From Sporopachydermia quercuum (taxonomy: Eukaryota): a stretch of DNA of 64,000 bases. Position 1 is the stretch's first letter, and each line of letters begins with the position of its first letter. The position numbers were made by a program, and so were the translations under genes. Shown piece after piece: positions 25,567-36,703 of this stretch. Under the pieces are notes generated by a model. That model did not search any database and was not told the origin of the DNA. It worked only from the letters and a program-made list of their open reading frames with translations. The stretch lies in contig BCGN01000004.1 in the NCBI GenBank assembly GCA_001599295.1, positions 1,241,676 through 1,305,675 on the forward strand, written 5' to 3'.

Positions 25567-26848
25567 TTAGGCGGAATAAGTTTTCTTGGGGAAGGGGAAT
25601 GAAGGACCAACCTCTTGAACAGACAAAGCAGCTAACCATTGACCTTGAGCAACTGATTCCTTAAGAGACTTGCCGGAAACAAGGCCAGCCAAAAAACCAC
25701 CAGCAAAAGCATCACCAGCACCATTGGTATCGACAATCTTTGAATCGGCGACAGGAACAACTGGGTAGCTTTCAACAATATACTCAGAAGAATCTTGACT
25801 TGACTTTGTAACAACAACGGTTGGTTCTAATCCATGTGTGAAAATAACAGCTCTAGGTCTAGAAGTGTTGACCTTTGGTAAATCAACAATTTTCTTGGCA
25901 ATTTCAACCAAATCTTCGGACTTGATATCATGAGCTTCAGCATAAGCAGCAGCTTCAGTTTCATTACCAATAAGAATATCCCAGTAAGGAGCAGATGCAT
26001 CCATAGGCTCCTTGAAGAATTGGCATAAGAAGGGAGCACTAAGGTTCATAATGAATGGCTTATTAGTGCTAGCAGCATGTTCAGCAAGGGCTTGAATAGC
26101 AGGAGGACAAACAGTTAAGTGGAAACCTCCAACATAGAAAAACTTTGCATTTTCAACAAATTGCCAGCTACTTTCCTTCTTCAAATGTTCAAGCTTGTAA
26201 TGATTGGCAGCAGCCAAATCAGTAGCCAATGATCTATTATGTCCAGTGATTAAAGCGGCACACTTACCAGTTGGATAATCTTCTTGAACCATATATTCAC
26301 TTCTGACACCGTATTCTTCGTTGGCTTTTCTTAAAGTATCAGCATATTTATCGTTACCAACAGATCCAAAGTAAACAACTGATTTTTCGGGCAAACTATA
26401 AGCGGCACCTCTAGCAGCATTCTGAGCAGCACCACCAGCAATCAAAACAGTTCCTGGCTTAGAAAAAACTTCATCAAAAATTGGCATGTGCTTTTCCTCA
26501 ACGAGAATAGCATCGTTCGCCTTTAAATCATATTTTTCAAGATAAGAAGGTTCACTGTTGAATTTGTTAATATTACTGTATATTAGCAAAACACTACACA
26601 AGATTTCAATTGCAATTATCATGACTCCATCGAATATGAACATTTCCCAACGTAATAATTCAAAAAAGTTCTTTCTCACTTACACATTAGCTTGAAGATC
26701 TAGAATATAATGTTAGTAGCTTGATCGTTCAAAAATTAGTATATTGTACAACTTCATTCATCAAGTACGTTGGTTGGTAACAACCTCTTACGTTGGATTT
26801 TGACTTACCAAGCAATGGGTTTCCTAAACACAATAAAGGATAAGACAT
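25567..26848 (-). CDS. ADO1: Adenosine kinase; exons 26848-26809, 26699-26684 (16 nt), 26554-25567 (~347 aa)
   Basis: Spliced N-terminus MSYPLLCLGNPLLDLQANVEPSYLEKY restores the conserved GNPLLD motif; GGAAQN and DTNGAGDAF PfkB motifs; two GTAAGT introns. Confidence 0.95.
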
Positions 26849-27773
26849 TTTGTAAACACAGAGAAGCTGAAAATACGAAATCAATTATTAGGATATGAGA
26901 TCTTAATTAGTCGTAGATTGTACGTCAGTTAACAGTTAATCTCCATACAATTAGCAGGAAAGTTCTTAAACATTGTGAATGAACACGAAGAGAAAAGTAA
27001 CAATGAATTAAATTTTCATCCGAAAGCAACCAAATGCACGTGTAAGAGGAGACGTAGTCTAACAGAGAAAATGATCGATTATGTGATATGAAAACGATTA
27101 AAACCCAAGACAAGGTTATGTTATGTCTTGTCGGATATGTCAAGTCAGAAGAACAACGAGGGCGAAGTCGCTATACAGTAAGGAGGTCGCAGATTGGAGA
27201 CTCTTAAATAGGGAACTAACGTTCTGATCTATTTGATCATTATAAATCTTCTATAAATTCACTATAAATCTATTATAAGTCCATCTATTGAGTATCATAT
27301 ATATGTAATTTCTGTACTCTAGATTTTGAATCAAATGCACATTATTTATCCACGATTCCCCACTACACGTTCCAACGACATACTGTTTGTCTCATGTCTT
27401 GTCTCGTATATGCAAACCCTATAAACAAAAGGAGACAAACCAGCTTGAATTGAATCAATTCTTGATCCCAAGGTATATCTTGATCCTATTCAAACAACTG
27501 TGGTTCTACAGTGCACTGAACAAAAGAGGTCGAACAACATTCTTCAATTAATTCATAGCTTTTCATTGCTAACTATTCATGAATTAGAGAGCTTGAGTTG
27601 TTGTTGAACCACATTGTTGCTGAGATCGACTATATATCGTCACTGAAAGCACCACTGCTGTGTCAATTGACAGGTGCACTTGATGAGGTCTATTTATTAA
27701 GTAAAGTAGGCACAGTGCAAATAAACTTTTAGAGGAAATAAGAAAAGTCAGTTACAGTATCAATTGGATCGAA

Positions 27774-28619
27774 ATGGCAATCCCAGATCTTTATAATGAT
27801 CCTTTACAATGGCTGAGGCCGTTTCCTGAAAATCCTAGCACCCTGGTTGAGGCCCATTGGCATGAGATCATCTTATCAGCTATATTCTACCAACTGATAT
27901 TCAAGGTATCAGGGATTATTTCTCCGTACCTTTTCCCAAATGTTTATCCAAAGCTAAGCAAAGCAGATCAAAAGAATTTTGATATTCACAATGTGTCAAT
28001 GATCCAATGTATCATTAATCTTTCTATTATCGTCCCCTTATTTGGCGATAAGGTACTAGCTTTGAATCACGTTGAAGCAAGCACTCCATATAGTACCATG
28101 GTCGGTGCTGTTGCCTGTGGTTATTTTGTTTGGGATATATATGTTTGTCTGGCCTATTATGACATATTTGGATTNGGATTCTTAGTCCATGGTGTTGTAA
28201 GCGCTTCAGTCTTTTCGCAGACCTTTAGGCCTTATTTACAGTATTGGATTCCAGGATTCTTGTTATTTGAAGGTTCTACACCATTTGTTAATTTTAATTG
28301 GTATGCAAGCAAAGTCCCTGGCGCTGTATTCTCTGAAAAGTTTGTAGTTATCAATGGTTTATTGTTGATGATCTCTTTTTTCCTCATTAGAATTGTTTGG
28401 GGATGGTACGCCATGTATTGGGTTTTTCATGACATTCTTGAACACTTAGATGCTGCTCCAGCTTACATACCCATTCTAATTGTTGGATCCAATTTTTTGC
28501 TAGACACTCTAAATGTTTACTGGTTTCATAAAATGGTTAGAATTGCTATTAAGAAAACTAGGAAGGCAAAGCCTGCATCTGCTTCCGCATCTGGTGGTTC
28601 TGAAAAGAAGACAAACTAA
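27774..28619 (+). CDS. TDA4: TLC-domain membrane protein (Tda4-like)
   Basis: HWHEIILS..FYQ, GYFVWD, FEGSTPFVN and FFLIRIVWG TLC motifs; adjacent to STE24 as in S. cerevisiae. Confidence 0.8.
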   Translation: MAIPDLYNDPLQWLRPFPENPSTLVEAHWHEIILSAIFYQLIFKVSGIISPYLFPNVYPKLSKADQKNFDIHNVSMIQCIINLSIIVPLFGDKVLALNHVEASTPYSTMVGAVACGYFVWDIYVCLAYYDIFGXGFLVHGVVSASVFSQTFRPYLQYWIPGFLLFEGSTPFVNFNWYASKVPGAVFSEKFVVINGLLLMISFFLIRIVWGWYAMYWVFHDILEHLDAAPAYIPILIVGSNFLLDTLNVYWFHKMVRIAIKKTRKAKPASASASGGSEKKTN

Positions 28620-29466
28620 AACCATCCTTCATAGTCCCCTTTCATCAGCATTAATGATTCATTTAGTATTTTATTATCTTTTCTATCGAGGCAAGATAAT
28701 AGAATTTACAATTATGACAAGTCATCTCATGACATTTTGTGTCGTTTTGAGAGTTACCATATACTCTACATCAATTAAGCATTCTTAAATCTCGGTTCTG
28801 AACCATCATTTAAGTCGTCACTTCTAAAACTCACTTCCATACAATCTGCTTCAAAATTTCAACTATTTGCTGTCAGAGATGTACCTTATTTCATTTATAT
28901 CGCGTTGGCGTTCATTCATTTATTGTTATCATAGATTAGTACTAAATTCCACTACATTATATCATACCTTTGTGGTGCATGATATGACATTCATTCGACT
29001 ATATATCAAGTGCAAAAGTTTTATAAATATAAACAAGTCAAATAAACACAATAAATCCAGCACATTCAGATCCTATTCCACCTTCATGTTTCACCGTACG
29101 ATCATATCAATTATAAAAATAGTGAATTCATCACACAAATGATGAAATACTCACTTTTCCAAATTTTACTCTATATTCTACTTCCTACCACAAAATAGAA
29201 TTTGGTTCTTTGTGGAGAATTTCGGAATAACCTCAGATTACGATATCGGAAACAGTATCTCCACATTATATAGTTTCCGAAATTCAGAGCTCCTCATTTT
29301 CCAACTCGACATATTTTGAAACTCTCCATACATCAGGCTTTCCTCCTCGCAATTAATCATTAAGTAACTATCATTTTTATTAAACCTTTCAGAGAAGAGA
29401 ATTGAGACGATCAATTGATATTTACTCTACGTTAGAAATCATTTGGTTGATATAGTTTATTCAAGA

Positions 29467-30994
29467 ATGTCGATTCTTAAGGTATGTCAAGGTCTTGTAA
29501 TGACAGGTGTCGTCATGCCGATGTTCGTCTGATGATTGTGATCATGGGTACCATACTATACAATAACAACTACAACTGTGATTCACTAGAAGCATTCATT
29601 GACAGATAAACAGATTTTTCCAATAAAATGACCAACATCGCTAACATTTCTTCTCACTGATATAGACCCTTGCAGGGTTATTGGACAAACCGTCAATTAA
29701 CTGGAAACTGGTTATTTTTGGTTTCACATCTTTCAAGTTCTTATTTGAAGGATACTTAACATTCAGGCAATACCAAGTGTTGAAGCGAAAAGAACCCTTA
29801 CCTGAACTGAAAGATATTGTAGATAAGGAAACCTTTGATAACTCTCAATCTTATGGTAGAAGTAAAGCTATATTCTCCATTATCTCTAGTGTTTACAGTT
29901 TCGCTCAGTTCGTTCCTATGATTTATTTCAACGTTAATCCATGGTTATGGAATATTTCTGGAAATGTTTTGAACAGTACTGCCGTTAAACTGTTACCATT
30001 CTTAGGAACGGGAGAGATATCTCAATCAATTGTTTTTATGTTCTTGACTAATGTATTTAGCACTATTACTGCACTACCATTGGAAGCTTATAGAACCTTT
30101 GTTTTAGAAGAAAAATTCGGATTCAACAAACAAACACCAAAATTATTCGTTGTTGATAACATCAAATCGTTTATTCTCACTAACGCCATTGGAAGTCCTT
30201 TATTAGCTGCTTTTTTGAAGATTATTAACTATTTTGGTGAATCTTTCTTTTATTATGTCTGGTTATTCATGTTTGTTTTCCAGATCGCTGCTATTACTTT
30301 GTATCCCCTTTTGATTCAACCGCTGTTCAATAAGCTCACTCCTTTGGAAGAAGGTGAACTGAAAACATCCATTGAGCAACTTGCAGTTAGAAACAAGTTT
30401 CCCTTGACTAAGCTTTACGTTATTGATGGATCCAAAAGATCATCTCACTCGAATGCTTATTTCTATGGTACCCCTTGGAGTAAACACATTGTTATTTATG
30501 ACACTTTGATAGAACAATCATCAGTTCAAGAGGTAACTGCTGTGTTAGGACATGAAATCGGGCATTGGGCTTTAAGTCATACTACTAAAATGCTTTTGAT
30601 TACTCAAGTACATTTGTTTGGTATTTTCGTATTATTTTCTGGTTTTATTAATAATGCATCATTATACCAATCTTTTGGTTTTGCTCCTGGTGTTAGACCT
30701 GTCCTGGTTGGTTTCTCATTATTTTCAGATATTTTGCAACCAGTTGAAACTGTTCTTTCTTATGCTATGAACGTCTTATCAAGAAAGTTTGAATACGAAG
30801 CTGATGAGTATGCTGTAAAGCAAGGATATACTAATGAGTTGAAAGAAAGTCTAATTAAGTTACATGTCAAGAATTTATCATCTATGCATGTGGATCCTTA
30901 TTATTCAAGTTATCATTACTCTCATCCTACTTTACCTGAGAGATTGCATGCTATTGATGAGAAGGAGAGTTTGTTAGAAAAGAAGACAGAATAG
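29467..30994 (+). CDS. STE24: CAAX prenyl protease (zinc metalloprotease M48); exons 29467-29481 and 29666-30994
   Basis: HEIGH zinc motif, GSKRSSHSNAYF, HYSHPTLPERL; intron GTATGT...GCTAAC...TAG supplies the ATG (MSILK|TLAGLLDKP). Confidence 0.96.
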
Positions 30995-31108
30995 AGTCCT
31001 CTATTCTTTAATTTCTATTTTTACAGCTATCTATAATATGAATTAGTTATAGCTATCAAACTGTTAACTAGTCCTCTATTAAGTTACTTATATGTCTGTT
31101 TATGTGAT

Positions 31109-32179
31109 TTATGATATTCTCGCTCGTTGTAATGCTGTTGTTACATCATACTTATTGAACAAAGGCATATAATTCTCCATTCTCAGATTCCCTAGTAAGT
31201 CGAATAAAAGTAAACGCTCATTGAATAAATGTAAGCCTCCAAATGATTCTATCATTGATTGAATCTCAATCGGATTCAACTCGGATTTATGCTCCCCTGT
31301 CATACACAACCGTTTATTATTCCCCAGTACTAAGTCTATAGGTATATCTTTGGAATATATCTCATGGATATTATTGATCATTGAATTGTCATATTTTCCA
31401 AGTATCGATTTCAATGACTTAGAGTCTTGAGCAATGAAGCTCTGTAATACTTGTTCAAGAGCCGCTCTATAAATTTTATGGGAGTATGGGCTATTACTTG
31501 AACTAATTGAAGATATAGTATTGGTTGACTTGATTATGTTGCTTCTTAAGGAGTCTTCAGTTAAAACTGTAGGTTTTACGTATAAATCCATGGAAACAAA
31601 ATCTCTCATGGCTTCTTGTTTCTGTTGTGATAATTCTGGTTTGGCTTTGAATACTGCTGACAGAGCATTGTTCAATTCATTTATAAGTAAACTATCAGAA
31701 GTTGCATGCATTTGTTTGTCTGGCTCACTCTTAACATGATTTGACATATCTCGGCTGTCGGATATAGATTTTCTACTATTTGTGCAGGACATTCTTGCTT
31801 TAAGATCAATCATAGACAACATATTAGAATTCTGAGACGCTTCAATCAGTTTTGAGATTTTATCTCCTTCTTGTTGTATATGAGTAGACAATACATGATC
31901 ATCGATCGTCTTAGTATGATTCAAACAAGTATCATGATATTCTTTGAATTGGGTGCTGAGATATCTGATAAATTCATCAAGAAATAGTGATCTTTTAGTG
32001 TGGTATCTGGCAATTGATTCTTTCCTCAGTCTATAAGTTTTCTGCGCATTTCTTACTTGAGCTCTTCTTTTCTCGCTGGGGCCATCATCAGTAGAGTTCA
32101 GTCTTGGGCGGCCCGGTTTTTGTTTGGGTTTCTCACCAATGTTTGGATAACTAGTTTCCATGTTGAATAGAGAAGGCAT
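31109..32179 (-). CDS. bZIP-like transcription factor, paralog A (~356 aa from first ATG)
   Basis: AT-hook-like PGRPR followed by basic region KRRAQVRNAQKTYRLRKE; first in-frame ATG at 32179 (the ORF track extends from a non-ATG start). Confidence 0.72.
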   Translation of the reverse strand: MPSLFNMETSYPNIGEKPKQKPGRPRLNSTDDGPSEKRRAQVRNAQKTYRLRKESIARYHTKRSLFLDEFIRYLSTQFKEYHDTCLNHTKTIDDHVLSTHIQQEGDKISKLIEASQNSNMLSMIDLKARMSCTNSRKSISDSRDMSNHVKSEPDKQMHATSDSLLINELNNALSAVFKAKPELSQQKQEAMRDFVSMDLYVKPTVLTEDSLRSNIIKSTNTISSISSSNSPYSHKIYRAALEQVLQSFIAQDSKSLKSILGKYDNSMINNIHEIYSKDIPIDLVLGNNKRLCMTGEHKSELNPIEIQSMIESFGGLHLFNERLLLFDLLGNLRMENYMPLFNKYDVTTALQRARIS

Positions 32180-34366
32180 GATAATCTTGTCAGGAAAGCA
32201 GAGAGAAGCAATTATCAGCTTAACAAGAAGACCAGTGAGATGAACAAAGTGAAGGAAATCTACTATCTTCCTTAATTGGTAGACTACTGTGGTGTAAGAA
32301 TATTTTTGCCAAATGTGAGTAAATGAAAGAAAAGAAGGCAATTGTTCACTGCCTTCCTATATTGATATTATAACAATTAAATGTAGAACTAAATTTTATA
32401 ATACTGAGTGCTTCAGAAAGTGCTGTTTGTTGAAAGGATGATAGATTACCGAACGATCAATGTTCACTCACATATTTGGCTAAGTAGACCTCTGTTNTCT
32501 TGAAACAATATTGATCTACGCGAAAACTATCAAGATTATATACAGCTTTGAGCTAGAAGAATCTCAAAGACTTATCTATAAATTATGAATATCTAAATCA
32601 ATGAATACCGGCTGAATGACCTTGTTTTCTTGAACTACTCTTTCAAATGTTCATACAATTTCTTGTGCTCATCTTCGGAGGTTACTATTTAAGTTTACAT
32701 GATGAGATGTATTATAATAACTTTAATTAAAGTGTATCAACTTTTTCAGTTATGTATGGGATAGAAAATAGAAGATATTATCTGAATACAGTGGAAAATA
32801 ACGATGAGTAAAAGAATATAACATTTCAACGCTTTGTTTTATATAACCAACAGCATTTCATTTTTGAGAAACAAAAGCGATTCTTACTAATCTCGTTGTA
32901 TTTACTTGACATATGCGATTATCTGTATAAGGGATATAATCCAACTTAAGATTTAACTTCATAACGTTAAATTTTAACCCAACTTTAATTTTCTTCCGCT
33001 TGCCCCAGAAAACATTTGATTCTATCGAAACCAACTCTCATAAAATACTCTGAAACTTACCATTATATTGAAAACAAGGAATATTAACCAGTTTTAAATA
33101 AATACTCTCTCTTAATAATATGAAAAATTATAAGTTTATAAGTTTTCAATATCTACAAAATAAGTGCAATCCTGTTCTCGGTACTGCAATCTATCACATC
33201 CATTGATGCATAAATTCCACTAGTATTCTTCAATCCACCATTTTCAATACTTCGTTTACTCTTTAGTTAAATGACTTCCTATATCTGTTCTGAGTATATG
33301 AAAACTCTCCGTTTTATTATTTCGAATTGGCACATTTCCGAAGATTGCTTATCCGTTTCTCTATATTATACCGAATTCTTTTCTTCTCACTACACATCAC
33401 ACTAATTAAGAACCTCCATCCCTTTCACCTGTTCTTTCCCCTCAAATCGAGACGTGGAGTTTAGCTCTTACCTTGAATTGAAATTACACTCCGTGTTACC
33501 AATAGTTTGCTGGATTTCAAATAGAAATCAAATATGGAATGCTATTTGATATGAATTATTCAAGATTAACTTATTGAACAAATAAACATATATGTATATT
33601 TTATTCTTGCGGTCGTTATTATTTCTTGTGGGTAATGTATTNTCGGGAGGTATAGTTATTTCCTTTGTCTCCCTAACGTTCATGTCAGTTTCATGTCTCC
33701 ATTTAGACTAAAGTTCACGGAAAGGACATGCAGTGTCATGCAACACTTTGACCACGACAAAATCCGCCGTGTCTTCGATAGAAAATATGACATCAAACTA
33801 CACAGCAATGACGGGGTTCTCGGTCCGATGAGATCCTTTAATCAGTAGTTATAATTGGAATTGACTACGACCCTTCAAACTGGATATTTGGGTTTATTTA
33901 TTCTACCGTAAAATAATTTTTATCTTTGTTGGCGAATTTGTGGATTTAGTCTTTTACATGGTTCACTATTGAACTGACTTAACCGCTCACAGTTGTCCGT
34001 CTGTCCCTGTTCCTACTGACTTCAATGTTCATGATACAAGAATTATCGGTATATTAGTTGATGTTTTCTTATAGCTTTATGAACCAGAATTGGTCATCAC
34101 ACAGACATTATACAGTTGAATATATACTTGATTTCTACCATCTAATAATAATATATACTTGAATGATATGATATATCTTGCGCTCTAAAATAAGTTTCTA
34201 TATACAAAGGCTGATTTTTCTTTCTGCTTCCCCGTCTTATTCTTGCACCCACTTTGAAAATGATATCAAGAGTTTTAGAATCATATCTGACTCTCTCAAT
34301 ACATTTTCCTTCTTTTTCTTTCCGCTACTCTCTTCATAACATTAANGAATTCGTTTACTTCCATCT

Positions 34367-36703
34367 TCAGAGCTTAATTTTAACAGAATCCAAAAACGAA
34401 CTAACCCATTGAGTATTAACTCTAGGTAAACCTCCAACGACTCTCATATTAGCAATTAAAGCAGAAATCAAGGCATCAACATTAAACAACTCTAGTCCTC
34501 CTAAATCGTTGATCCGCTTCTCCAGATTGATCAGACTTGTCCAACCAGGAAATTCATTATCATCTTCAATTTTGCCCAACCATTGAGATCCTGCGACTGA
34601 GATTGGTAACTTTAAAACGTTCTGTATCTTTGGAATGAAAAAATCCGCGTCAAACTTCGGGGGGAATACTATATCTAATTGTTTTGTATTTCCTTGAATA
34701 AACAGTTCCAAGGTTGCTTTAGCTGCCAAACGGAATACTCTCTCTGCAAAAGACCATTGACAAAATACTGGCGTAGGAGGTAAATCAGATAATAACTCCA
34801 TCGTAGTACAAACTAATTCTGAGTGAGAACAAGTATTAGGCTCAACAATAGAAGTAATACATTTCACAACAGGAACTCCAACCAAATACTTTGGTGTATT
34901 GGGTGCTTCATTCTTTATTGTTTCAATAGAATAAGCTGCTGTAGAGTTGGTAGCAAAACCTGATGTGCATGAAGGATGGAAATTAAAGGTTCTGAAAGGC
35001 NAGTTTGTCAGTTGGTTCCATATTGTAGGATGAATATGAATACCTCCATCTGATCTAGATAAAGACTTCGGATTTGGAAAAGTGTTGAAGTAATGGTTGT
35101 CAGGTCCTGCAGATGACGCTGGTGAAATTAGTTGTTCATATTGTTGATGTTTGTTTTCATTTGGCAAATAGGATTGATTGTCTTCACTATTACCATCAAT
35201 GCCACTACTTTTCCCACTAGCTAGATCTTGAGGAATAGAGCATGATGCGATAGCTCTTGCGTGAGCACTAACTTTTTCAGTCATTTCATCACTATAAGAA
35301 GTGTCGGTTAATTTCTCAAGTACACGCCCTTGATCTTGAACGTTATTTCTTATGGGATGATTACTTTGGTTGTTAATAGTAATGAAATTAGTAGTATTAT
35401 TGCTATGGCCTTCAGTAGTAGAGTCTGGTGGTGAGCTCCAAGAAGGTATTGGTTGTCCCCCTGTTTGAAAATGTGATTGATGTTGATTTGCCATTGGGTC
35501 TTGAGAATGAACCATAGTCATTGGAGTGCTATTGACTCTTGAAAATACCGACAAGTCCACCTGTTGCGCTAACTGATTGATATTATCACTTGAAGAACTA
35601 TACCACGTATGACTTAGTGTTGATAGAACATTGTTGTCAATAGGAGAGTCAGGGGTATAACTAGCACTTCGCACCAAGCCATTTTGAATGCTGTTGTTGA
35701 TAGCAGAGCTCATATGTCTTGAGGTTGGAGTAGGGGTCCACCAATAGCCACCTTTACCGTCTTCCTCAGACGATGAAATAGTGCCTGTTGCGTTATTATC
35801 GTTACTTTGCTGTTGATGCTGGCTGATTGCCTGTAAATGGAGATGATGCTGCAACATNTGTGATTGAAGTAGTGATGATTGTTCACGATGTTGAAATTGT
35901 GCTTGATGTGGTTGTTGATGCAAATTAGTTAGCGATTGATTTTGAGACTGATGGTAANTAGTGCTACCACGAGGACATGCATAACTAGCAATACCAACGT
36001 TATTTCTATCGCTGGCATTACCATTAGCCACACCTTCCATTCGGATTGATTCGGAAGGCTGTAAATTCGTCTCTATCTCATTTGATAACGTTGTATCATT
36101 CGTAGGAAGTTTGCCATCGATTTCTTTAGCCTCTAATGCATATTGAAGCTCAAATTCATTCAAACTTTGGTAAGGTCCAACTTGTAGAAAATCTTGACTT
36201 CTTTTGATATGCAAACCGATCTTGTTTCCTAACCTACTGAATAATTGCATTACTTCAGTATTATTCTCCTTTACTGCTATTCCAACGCTTGTTTCATAGA
36301 ATTCAGAGAATAGGGTTTCGATATCATCGATTGTTGCCATGAGATATCTGGTCCTTTTGCGATAATACTCGGTTGCTGATTCTTTCTTCATACGATACGT
36401 TCTTTGAGCATTTCTTATCTGTTCTCGTCGTTTCTCGGAATGCTTATTATCTGACTCGTTCAAGCGAGGCCTGCCATATTTCCTTCGTTTGGATGATGAA
36501 ACTGTCTCACTCAAACTATCTCTACCGCCATTATTTGAATTCGATTTTCTCAAAATTGAATCCACGCTTGGCGATTCAGTTCTATTTGTTGATGTTACTG
36601 ATTTCTTAATTCCTATTTCATTTTCAACCTCTTGTGATGAACGCGCTGAGTCACTGAACGAAGATGGCGTATCCGATGGCGGCGCCATTTCGAATTTTAA
36701 CAT
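34367..36703 (-). CDS. bZIP-like transcription factor, paralog B (778 aa, Q/N/S-rich middle)
   Basis: YGRPR plus KRREQIRNAQRTYRMKKE basic region; C-terminal block similar to paralog A (GGLELFN/GGLHLFN, ANMR/GNLR). Confidence 0.78.
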   Translation of the reverse strand: MLKFEMAPPSDTPSSFSDSARSSQEVENEIGIKKSVTSTNRTESPSVDSILRKSNSNNGGRDSLSETVSSSKRRKYGRPRLNESDNKHSEKRREQIRNAQRTYRMKKESATEYYRKRTRYLMATIDDIETLFSEFYETSVGIAVKENNTEVMQLFSRLGNKIGLHIKRSQDFLQVGPYQSLNEFELQYALEAKEIDGKLPTNDTTLSNEIETNLQPSESIRMEGVANGNASDRNNVGIASYACPRGSTXYHQSQNQSLTNLHQQPHQAQFQHREQSSLLQSXMLQHHLHLQAISQHQQQSNDNNATGTISSSEEDGKGGYWWTPTPTSRHMSSAINNSIQNGLVRSASYTPDSPIDNNVLSTLSHTWYSSSSDNINQLAQQVDLSVFSRVNSTPMTMVHSQDPMANQHQSHFQTGGQPIPSWSSPPDSTTEGHSNNTTNFITINNQSNHPIRNNVQDQGRVLEKLTDTSYSDEMTEKVSAHARAIASCSIPQDLASGKSSGIDGNSEDNQSYLPNENKHQQYEQLISPASSAGPDNHYFNTFPNPKSLSRSDGGIHIHPTIWNQLTNXPFRTFNFHPSCTSGFATNSTAAYSIETIKNEAPNTPKYLVGVPVVKCITSIVEPNTCSHSELVCTTMELLSDLPPTPVFCQWSFAERVFRLAAKATLELFIQGNTKQLDIVFPPKFDADFFIPKIQNVLKLPISVAGSQWLGKIEDDNEFPGWTSLINLEKRINDLGGLELFNVDALISALIANMRVVGGLPRVNTQWVSSFLDSVKIKL

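Noticed and set aside
26555..26679. Hydrophobic N-terminal extension of ADO1 in the ORF track
   Set aside because: It is intron 2 sequence read from a non-ATG start; the spliced model restores the conserved N-terminus
32180..32341. 54-aa N-terminal extension of bZIP paralog A
   Set aside because: Begins at a non-ATG codon; the first ATG is at 32179
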